Origin: Chloroflexota bacterium
Lineage (GTDB): Bacteria; Chloroflexota; Chloroflexia; JAMCWQ01
DNA length: 52,927 nucleotides
Assembly (NCBI GenBank): GCA_023480825.1
Contig: JAMCWQ010000034.1
Coordinates: 1 to 52,927 of the forward strand
Reading direction: 5' to 3'
The stretch's first letter is position 1, and the number at the start of each line of letters is the position of its first letter. Positions 46,010 to 52,927 of this stretch are shown one piece after another. Under the pieces are notes generated by a model. The model had not been told where the DNA came from. It made no database searches and saw only the letters and a list, made by a program, of their open reading frames with translations. The translations under genes and the position numbers were made by a program.

Positions 46010-47200
46010 TCAGCTTCGCTCCCAAAGGCCGTAGCAGAAATCTTGCCAAGCCCTCGTTGTGCATGTCTGCAAGTATTCCCGCTCGTTACTCCCATGGGAC
46101 TTGAATCGTTTGAGAGCCAGGACTCTTCCGAGTTGCCGGCGCGTTTCCGTCATCTCTCTATCTCGGCCTCCTAAGAACACCAGAGGAACCACGGAGTAGA
46201 CAACATGGTGGGCTGGACAGCTCCCCATGCCAATTAGGCGTAGAGGCAAGCGGTGCTGGTCGTGCAGACTGCGCAGGATTAAATATGAGTTCTGCGAGAG
46301 AATTGTAGGTAGTAGGGGAATCGGATGCGCTCGTATCTTGTTCTGAGCCAACATGTTGCGCTGGTACTGACCGGGAAACTCGGCATAGGTGTCAAACGAG
46401 AAACCCAGATATTCGCGAATCAAGTAACGAAGGGTTGCATCACAGGCTTGTTTCAGGGCTTGCTGGATGGGATGTAATGGTGCAGGGTAGCAGTCAAGCG
46501 ATGGGCGCAGCTTAAATGCCGTTGCTGACCGCACTAGTTCGCGCATGCCACTAGCCCTTTCGCTGAGTCCGTCCAAGTGCGGTAGCAAATCTGCAAAGCG
46601 GCGGCCTCGTTCGGCGTATGAGTAGTGGTACTGGCCACATGCCAGCAGTAGAGACTCGGCACAGGCCAAGGCCGTCTTCGTGATCCAGCGCAGCGTCTCC
46701 AAGTCGTCGGCAGCAGATTCGTTGCCGAGAGACTCGGCCATCCTGTTCAGCAGCAACCGCAGAGCTGACCAGAGATCCAATGAGCGCGGATCCGTAGCCG
46801 GCACTCTGCCAAGAACCGGCTCTCCCCAGAGCACCATACCGCCGTTTTGCATTTCATACATAGCAATAGTGTGCCCGGCGGCCATCCCCGCGAGGACATC
46901 TTGTGGGTGCAGCCGGGAAATGCTTATCTCCACTCCAAGTCTTGCCGTCAGGTCGCGGCTGACCGTTCGTAACACCGAGCGATCTGAGACATGCGGCGAC
47001 ACCACAACCAACTCATAGTCGCTCAGGAAGGTAAGTTGATCACCATCAGTGACCACACTGCCCTCGCCTCTCGCGAAACTACCGCGCAAAATTATGGAAT
47101 CCGGGGACAACTGTGCCCTAATGGCCGTGACGATCTCGCGCAAGTGGTGTTCTACAGTCTGGTCCACGAGCGGATCATCCCAAGCGGTGAACCTACCCAT
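46010..47200 (-). CDS. Hypothetical protein with an N-terminal nucleotidyltransferase-fold motif
   Basis: It has ...IILRGSFARGEGSVV...LSDYELVVV... (a GS...D.E pattern of pol-beta-type NTases). Its start MGRFT overlaps the upstream stop (ATGGGTAG). Confidence 0.55.
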   Translation of the reverse strand: MGRFTAWDDPLVDQTVEHHLREIVTAIRAQLSPDSIILRGSFARGEGSVVTDGDQLTFLSDYELVVVSPHVSDRSVLRTVSRDLTARLGVEISISRLHPQDVLAGMAAGHTIAMYEMQNGGMVLWGEPVLGRVPATDPRSLDLWSALRLLLNRMAESLGNESAADDLETLRWITKTALACAESLLLACGQYHYSYAERGRRFADLLPHLDGLSERASGMRELVRSATAFKLRPSLDCYPAPLHPIQQALKQACDATLRYLIREYLGFSFDTYAEFPGQYQRNMLAQNKIRAHPIPLLPTILSQNSYLILRSLHDQHRLPLRLIGMGSCPAHHVVYSVVPLVFLGGRDREMTETRRQLGRVLALKRFKSHGSNEREYLQTCTTRAWQDFCYGLWERS

Positions 47201-48395
47201 TGAGGGCCTCCGCCTTTTCCCATAGTACTTGCCCATCGGCATAACCGGGTATTGGCAAGCCCAATGAAGCGAGCAGCGTCGGTAGAATGTCCACTAACTC
47301 GGCGTGCTCGCCCGCTACCAAGGGCCTTTGGCTAAGGAACAAGCCATCGGAGGCGGGATGATCAGGTAGGTAGCCATGCATCGATTTTTGGCCGCGGCTG
47401 AAGCCCCAAATTGTCTTGGAGAAGAGATATGGCGCGTCGAGGTAGAAGACGAGGTCGCCATAGCGATTATCGGGCATCTCGAGATGATAGCGGTGGAAAT
47501 GCTCATCTTGGAGAATGAGCCCCTCATGCATGCCGGACAGGACCCGCTCCACGATGGCCCTTTCGCGGTCGTTCCGGAACCAGAAACGAGCATAGTTGGA
47601 CTCTATCAGATGGATGAACCGGCTCAACTTGACGCCGTGCTGCTGAAACACCGCGTGGATATCCACGCGTTTCGGGGCGGGGATGTGCCCGTGGTCGGAA
47701 AACACGAATACATCGAATTCGGGCACCAACTGCTCATATGCCCGGTACTTCGACTCCACAAGTTGGTCCAGGCGGCGCATTCGGTCGATTGTCTCCGGAG
47801 CGTCCTGGCCATACTTGTGCGAATAGCCATCGATGCTGCCGAGGAAGAAGTAGGTCCAGGGACGGATCTTTGCGAACCGGTGGTTCCCGATCTGATTGAA
47901 CTCGCTCCCGGCTCCTTTGGTCATACCCACTATCTCGAACTGCACGCTGTGACTGCGCAGAATGTCGAATACCGTGGGATATGTCTTCAGGTAGCCCGGC
48001 TCATCCCAGGCGCGGTCCTCGACAACGTTGAAGTAGGGCCAGTAACGCAATGGCACGTTGACCAGCAGGGGCACACCAAACCAGGAAGTATTGTTGGGTC
48101 TGTACTGCCGCGTGTATTTGTGAAGGAAGTACCGAGAGCCGACGTTGTCCACAAACCCGAGGTACTTGAAGACGCGTGCCCACCGGAAGGGCGTATTACC
48201 GGGATCGTACTTCCAGACGAACCATTGCAGGTGCTTGTTCGGGTGCACGCCGCTGTACATTGAGGGGTGGCATGTAACCGAATGGCCCAGCTCCGAGCGC
48301 ATTCGCCGCTTGTAGGGAAAGGAATCTAGAAAGGGCATGTATTTCAGGCTCTCCGGCTTCAGGGCGTCAAAGAAGAAGGTGAGGACCGGTCTCAT
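47193..48395 (-). CDS. Alkaline phosphatase superfamily protein (nucleotide pyrophosphatase/phosphodiesterase-like)
   Basis: It has the N-terminal ...TFFFDALKPE... and ...VFVFSDHGH... metal-site motifs. Its start overlaps the GT2 stop (ATGA). Confidence 0.7.
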   Translation of the reverse strand: MRPVLTFFFDALKPESLKYMPFLDSFPYKRRMRSELGHSVTCHPSMYSGVHPNKHLQWFVWKYDPGNTPFRWARVFKYLGFVDNVGSRYFLHKYTRQYRPNNTSWFGVPLLVNVPLRYWPYFNVVEDRAWDEPGYLKTYPTVFDILRSHSVQFEIVGMTKGAGSEFNQIGNHRFAKIRPWTYFFLGSIDGYSHKYGQDAPETIDRMRRLDQLVESKYRAYEQLVPEFDVFVFSDHGHIPAPKRVDIHAVFQQHGVKLSRFIHLIESNYARFWFRNDRERAIVERVLSGMHEGLILQDEHFHRYHLEMPDNRYGDLVFYLDAPYLFSKTIWGFSRGQKSMHGYLPDHPASDGLFLSQRPLVAGEHAELVDILPTLLASLGLPIPGYADGQVLWEKAEALNG

Positions 48396-49498
48396 GATGC
48401 TTCCTTTCCTTCGATGGCGGCGGTTCCGGCAGCTACAGCCGCATGCGTTCCCGCACCGTTACCCTGGCGCTGCAGGATGATGGCATCCCTAGGATATTGG
48501 TCCGGGTCTTGCCTGCCTTGGAAGAACCCCGTGACCAGCCCGTAGACAATCATGACTCTGGCCAGGAGGTTGGCAAATGCGGAGCGGGCGGAGCTCTTGC
48601 GGATTGCATAGGTGACGAAAATCGCTCCCGAGCAGGCCAGCCAGGCTTTTAGCCATCTGCGGTCGAATATGGCCGAGAATGCTGATAACAGACCAGCGAA
48701 AAGGTAAGTGCCGGTTACCACGTAGTTCATCAGGAATTCGCGAATGAACCGGCCCGCCAGGCCATTGTTGTAGGTTGCCCGCAAAGTGCGGCCTGCTCGA
48801 GGGTAGAAGCCGACGTGGAAACGGCGAATCGTCTCCCGGTAAGTGCCACGGGGGAAGGAGTAGTGCTTGGTCATGGCTATCGGCAGACGCCACAGTGTGT
48901 ATCCGGCTTTGCGCAGACGCAAGGCCAGCTCTGCCTCTTCGTTCCAGGCCAGGTAGGGATTGAAGGTTCCCGCCTCATTGAGAGCAGAGTGGCGGTAGAG
49001 GGCATCGCCACCAAGGCCAGGGACTTCGGTTGCCTCGCGAACCCGGTAGCGGCGGTGTATCTCTCCCGTGAGTTCCCCCTGCTCGTCGACGTAGAATTCT
49101 TCTCTCGTTCCCCCCACGCCGGCAACTGTAGGATGTTTCTCCAGGAAGTCCAATGCGTCTGGAAGGAATTCCGGGTAGATCCATGTGTCCCCGTCAACAA
49201 AAAGGATATATTCGCTGTGACTGGCTAGAGTGCCCAGGTATCTACCGGCTCCTGGTGTAAGAGGCCACTCCGGCTTCAGCTGAACGATAGTGATCGCGAA
49301 TTTGCCAGCGATCTCCGGTGTACCATCGGTGGAGGCGGAGTCCACGAGCATGACCTCCGTCTCAGGAAACCGGGATGCAGCTGCCAAGGCCGACTCGATG
49401 CACTTGCCTATTCGCCTGGCCTCGTTCCTGGCGATTATCACTATGGAGAGCAAGTTACAATCAGTGCCATCTAATCTTCGGTTCATATCGGTCAGCAC
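48392..49498 (-). CDS. Glycosyltransferase family 2 with C-terminal TM helices
   Basis: It has ...LSIVIIARNEARRIGKCIES...MLVDSASTDGT...ILFVDGD.... The start is uncertain (GTG 49498 or ATG 49486). Confidence 0.85.
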   Translation of the reverse strand: MLTDMNRRLDGTDCNLLSIVIIARNEARRIGKCIESALAAASRFPETEVMLVDSASTDGTPEIAGKFAITIVQLKPEWPLTPGAGRYLGTLASHSEYILFVDGDTWIYPEFLPDALDFLEKHPTVAGVGGTREEFYVDEQGELTGEIHRRYRVREATEVPGLGGDALYRHSALNEAGTFNPYLAWNEEAELALRLRKAGYTLWRLPIAMTKHYSFPRGTYRETIRRFHVGFYPRAGRTLRATYNNGLAGRFIREFLMNYVVTGTYLFAGLLSAFSAIFDRRWLKAWLACSGAIFVTYAIRKSSARSAFANLLARVMIVYGLVTGFFQGRQDPDQYPRDAIILQRQGNGAGTHAAVAAGTAAIEGKEAS

Positions 49499-50844
49499 GG
49501 CACATCAGCCCTCAAATCGACCGGTACTTCTGAAATTACAAATAGGTGCTTGCCAGCAGGTGTTGGCGGGATTTGATCCACTTGCTGGAACCTCAACATC
49601 ACTTCCGGGCCAAGATGTGCTTGAATCTCCCTTCTTCGTCCTTCGATCCATGCTTGGTCTGGAGAGCCGTCAGCCTCGTATAAGATATCTACCTGATCGG
49701 TGCTTGGCTGCCGCACCTGATATTTCCGAACGCCCGGCCAGCCCTTCAGCAGATGCACGAAGTAGTGCCCTGAGATTACCATCCCCGAGGGCATGCTGAA
49801 GAAATCGCACTTTCTTCCCACAAGTTCGCTCAACACCGGCAGCCCGCGGCCGCAGCTGCAGGTATTACCATCCATGCGCGCTACGTCCCCGTTGGCGTAC
49901 CTGATCAGAGGCATGGCGTACTCTTCAAGGGCGGTGATAACTACTTCGCCCATCTCCCCCGGCTCTACAGGCTGCCCGTTGTTTACGACCTCCAAGCGGT
50001 GCAATTCGGCCCAGATGTGTAGCGATCCAGCAGAGCACTGTCCGGCTATCTGGCCTGTTTCCCTGGCACTGTAGGATTCGGCGACTGGACAGCCGAAGGT
50101 CTGCTCGATGAGATCGCGCTGAAAGTCGTGTAGCTTGTCGAGGCCTCCGAAGATCACCCTGGGCCGATTCAGCGCTAGCCCGTTCTCACGGAGATAGTAG
50201 GCGAACAGCCACAAAGCCGAATTGCAGCCCCGGATCACCTCCGGTCTGAACCGCATGACGTATTCAGCGAAGGCTTGCATGTTTTCCTTCCCCATGTCGT
50301 AGCTGCTCAGCCATCGCTCGCGACGAAGCCACGATCTTGCCTTTTGCATGGTGGTCGGCTGCAGGATGAAGTCTCCTCCCGAAATGACCGCCACCTTGGT
50401 CCCCTTTTCGACGCCAAACCAAGCGTTCAGCCGGCTGTGCGCCGCCCAGCTCCAATCCAGCCGGTTCTTGGAGTAATAGAACCCCATGGGCACGCCCGTT
50501 GAGCCTCCTGTTGCGCTTTCAAGCACTTCATTCCTTGGGAAGTTCACAGCCACCATTGACTGCCTATTCTTGACCACTTCTTCTCTGGTTAGTACGGGAA
50601 TTCTCGCCAGATCGCCTAAAGACACAATGTCGTCCGGGTGGACTCCTGCTTCCTGGAGTCTTCGCCTGTAGAACGGGACATTGGTGAAGGCGTGGTCTAG
50701 CAGGCGTTTCATCTTGGCTAGCTGCAGGGTTTGTATCTCTTCAGGACTCAGCCACTGGCTCTGCAGGAGCTCCACTAGCCTTTGGTGTTGAGCCCTCCCC
50801 TCGGGGAAGAGTAGTCGCACACGCTCATACATACTGCTGTACAA
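49492..50844 (-). CDS. Phenylacetate-CoA ligase / coenzyme F390 synthetase (CapK-like) family adenylate-forming enzyme, copy 1
   Basis: It has ...FYRRRLQEAGVHPDDI...IPVLTREEV...ATGGSTGVPMGFYYS... and a C-terminal ...TPAGKHLFV.... Confidence 0.82.
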   Translation of the reverse strand: MYSSMYERVRLLFPEGRAQHQRLVELLQSQWLSPEEIQTLQLAKMKRLLDHAFTNVPFYRRRLQEAGVHPDDIVSLGDLARIPVLTREEVVKNRQSMVAVNFPRNEVLESATGGSTGVPMGFYYSKNRLDWSWAAHSRLNAWFGVEKGTKVAVISGGDFILQPTTMQKARSWLRRERWLSSYDMGKENMQAFAEYVMRFRPEVIRGCNSALWLFAYYLRENGLALNRPRVIFGGLDKLHDFQRDLIEQTFGCPVAESYSARETGQIAGQCSAGSLHIWAELHRLEVVNNGQPVEPGEMGEVVITALEEYAMPLIRYANGDVARMDGNTCSCGRGLPVLSELVGRKCDFFSMPSGMVISGHYFVHLLKGWPGVRKYQVRQPSTDQVDILYEADGSPDQAWIEGRRREIQAHLGPEVMLRFQQVDQIPPTPAGKHLFVISEVPVDLRADVPC

Positions 50845-50857
50845 TGTCTGTTCCTCT

Positions 50858-52192
50858 CTAGCTCAGGCTCACCGGCACCTCAGAGGAGGTGAACAGGTAT
50901 TTCCCGGCGGGCGTCGATGGGATATGGTCCACCCTTGTGAACGACAACTCGATGGAGCCTCCGAGGTGCTCCAGGAATTTCTGTCTCTGTGACTCCAGCC
51001 ATTCCTGGCCAGGCTCCGCATCGGACTCGAACAACACGTCAATCTTGTCCACGCTTGGCTGATGCACGCGGAACTTCCTCATGCCCGGCCATACTCGCAG
51101 CATCCGCCCAAAGTAATGGCCGGAGACCAACTTACCAGAGGGTGTAGTGAAGAAGTCGCTGGTGCGCCCCATCACCTCGGCCAAAACCGGCAGCCCCCGC
51201 CCACACGGGCAGGGCTTTTCGGCGAATTTCGCAACGTCTCCGAGCGCATAGCGGATGAAAGGCATGGCGTAGTTCTCGAGGTCGGTGATAATTACCTCCC
51301 CTAGCTCGCCAGGCACAGCACTCCGCCCGTTGGCGATGAGCTCGACGTAGTTTAGCTCCGCGACGACATGAAGGGAGCCTTCTGGGCACTGGCCCGCGAT
51401 TTGCCCCGTTTCCCTTGCTCCGTAATCGTCCACCACGCGGCATCCAAAAGCCTTCTCAATTTGTTCCCGCTCGAAATCGTGGAGTTTGTCCGCACCCCCG
51501 ATTACCACCTTGGGGCGGATCCCGGAAAGGCCGTGTCGCTCTAGGTGTTGCGCAAACAGCCAGATGGCTGAGTGGTGCCCGCGGACGAGTTCAGGCTGGC
51601 AGTCCAATAGGAGGCTGGCGAAATCCTGCATCTTCCTTTCATCCATGTCGAGGGAGTTGAGCCACTTCTCGCGGCGCAGCCACAATTTGACCCTCTCTGG
51701 GAAGGCGGATCGACTGGCTGGAACTGGCGCTATCACCCCAGTTCGGCAACCGTTTTCCACCCCGGACCAGTTGCAGAGGCGACTGAAAGCGGCCCAGCTC
51801 CGGTGTAGTCGTCTGTCGGAGTAGTAGAACTTGGTTGCGGTACCCGTTGAGCCGCTTGTGTACTGTTCCCTTAGCCATGCCCGCGGGAAGTCATTTGCAA
51901 TCATCTCCTCGCGACAACCACGCACATCGTCCTTCGTCAGTATAGGGACCCTTTGGAAATCATCCATGGTCTTGATGTCACCCGGCTGAATGCCCTCCTT
52001 TTGGAACCGTCGCCGGTAGAACGCGACGTGAGTGTAGGCGTGCTCGAGCACTCTCTTCAGCTTCACGAGCTGGAGGGTCTGAAGCTCTTCCGGCTGCAGC
52101 CACTGAGTCTGCAGTAGCTCTCTCAAGTTTCTGCGCAGTTCTCTGCCTTCAGCGGAAGCCAGCCGTGCATACCTGCAAAATTGAGCGTACAT
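50858..52192 (-). CDS. Phenylacetate-CoA ligase / F390 synthetase (CapK-like) family adenylate-forming enzyme, copy 2
   Basis: It is collinear with copy 1 (...FYRRRFQKEGIQPGDI...VPILTKDDV...TSGSTGTATKFYYS...TPAGKYLFT...). By eye nearly half of the positions are identical. Confidence 0.82.
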   Translation of the reverse strand: MYAQFCRYARLASAEGRELRRNLRELLQTQWLQPEELQTLQLVKLKRVLEHAYTHVAFYRRRFQKEGIQPGDIKTMDDFQRVPILTKDDVRGCREEMIANDFPRAWLREQYTSGSTGTATKFYYSDRRLHRSWAAFSRLCNWSGVENGCRTGVIAPVPASRSAFPERVKLWLRREKWLNSLDMDERKMQDFASLLLDCQPELVRGHHSAIWLFAQHLERHGLSGIRPKVVIGGADKLHDFEREQIEKAFGCRVVDDYGARETGQIAGQCPEGSLHVVAELNYVELIANGRSAVPGELGEVIITDLENYAMPFIRYALGDVAKFAEKPCPCGRGLPVLAEVMGRTSDFFTTPSGKLVSGHYFGRMLRVWPGMRKFRVHQPSVDKIDVLFESDAEPGQEWLESQRQKFLEHLGGSIELSFTRVDHIPSTPAGKYLFTSSEVPVSLS

Positions 52193-52303
52193 TCCTTCGC
52201 CTCGTCTTCGGCTTGCCGTAGAGTACTACTCGCTCCTCTCGTCACCCATGTTAACCGGCACGTCGAAAGTGGTGAACAAGTACTTTCCTCCAGTCCCAAA
52301 CAC

Positions 52304-52927
52304 TCAACGGCTTTTCACGAGCCTTCTTCCCCGGCTATTATTGGAAGCCGCGATGCTATCATAGACCTGCAGTAGGGTTCGGCCTATCACCTGCCAGTCG
52401 TAGCGCGACTCCACAAGGAGGCGTGCATTGGCGGCCAGCCGGCCACCAAGCTCCAAATCGGTGAGTAGGCGAATCGTCTGTTCGGCCAGGCCTCTTGCTG
52501 TATCTGCGATGAGGATATCGGCCTCAGGTGTTACGGCAAGCCCCTCGCATCCCACTGTAGTAGACAGAACCGGCCGCCCCAGGGCCATGGCCTCGAGAAT
52601 TTTCAATCGTGTGCCGCTGCCAGCCCGCAACGGGACAACAGACAGGCGCGCTCTTTCATAGTAAGGGACAACATCCTCTACATAACCTGTGACTTCCACC
52701 GCCGGGTCGGCGGCCAGCGCCTTCACTAGAGGCGCTGGATTGCTGCCGACTACAAGCAACCGGGCCTCCGGCAGGGCCTGTCGGATGAGCGGAAAGACCT
52801 CATGATAGAAATACAGGGCCCCATCCACGTTTGGGGCGTAGTCCATTTTGCCGATGAAGAGAATCTCCTTGGAGCCACCCTGCTCTGGCAGCACTCGGTA
52901 CTTGGTTGCGTCGACGCCATTGGGTAC
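52304..52927 (-). CDS. Glycosyltransferase family 4, C-terminal part (the gene continues beyond the window)
   Basis: The frame stays open to the window edge (VPNGVDATKYRVLPEQGG...ILFIGKMDYAPNVDG...LRAGSGTRLKILEAMALGRPVLSTTVGCEGL). Confidence 0.85.
   Translation of the reverse strand, partial: VPNGVDATKYRVLPEQGGSKEILFIGKMDYAPNVDGALYFYHEVFPLIRQALPEARLLVVGSNPAPLVKALAADPAVEVTGYVEDVVPYYERARLSVVPLRAGSGTRLKILEAMALGRPVLSTTVGCEGLAVTPEADILIADTARGLAEQTIRLLTDLELGGRLAANARLLVESRYDWQVIGRTLLQVYDSIAASNNSRGRRLVKSR

Noticed and set aside
47376-48263. 295 aa plus-strand ORF
   Set aside because: It is antisense to the AlkP-family gene, which carries recognisable metal-site motifs and is translationally coupled to its neighbours.

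Overview
This 52.9 kb window looks like a bacterial chromosomal segment with moderately high GC. By eye most genes are about 58-65% GC; nothing was computed. Strong Shine-Dalgarno sites and many 1-8 nt gene overlaps helped place start codons. No taxon can be assigned from sequence alone.

Gene content, left to right:
- 1-2163: the rplJ 3' end and rplL, then a promoter-driven non-coding stretch that may be a structured RNA, then tRNA-Pro(GGG). A 666-bp insert carrying only a RelE/ParE-type toxin-antitoxin pair follows, bracketed by a 51-bp duplication of the tRNA 3' half.
- 2177-4971: an IlvD/Edd-family dehydratase and an SDR oxidoreductase.
- 5045-6936: a visibly lower-GC GntR(YtrA-like)/ABC ATPase/ABC-2 permease operon.
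- 7160-13249: a secreted protein with tandem Ig-like repeats, a divergent SucCD-like CoA ligase pair, a palindrome/MITE-rich spacer, a MoaD-MoaE fusion and a zinc-ribbon protein.
- 13870-15583: a lower-GC islet with three translationally coupled genes, one TIGR04255-like and two unknown. This is my best candidate for an undescribed accessory or defence-type system.
- 15857-22971: assorted metabolic genes (Gfo/Idh/MocA, DUF1003, ABM-like, phosphoesterase, Fe-ADH), a TPR protein and a membrane protein.
- 23233-26598: a NuoE/NuoF/HoxU-like flavin/FeS module with no catalytic partner in the window.
- 26776-29435: typA, then small genes including one with a 33-bp periodic coding repeat.
- 29797-39878: a co-directional catabolic cluster with methylaspartate ammonia-lyase, two creatininase-family paralogs, an AstE/AspA-like deacylase and a 5-gene Dpp/Opp-type ABC importer.
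- 41182 to the window end: a polysaccharide biosynthesis/modification cluster with DegT aminotransferase, GHL10-like protein, CE4 deacetylase, GT4, NTase-fold protein, AlkP-family protein, GT2, two tandem CapK/PaaK-like adenylating enzymes and a second GT4 cut by the window edge.

No CRISPR array, rRNA, transposase or integrase was seen. All family calls rest on motif recognition by eye and need database confirmation.
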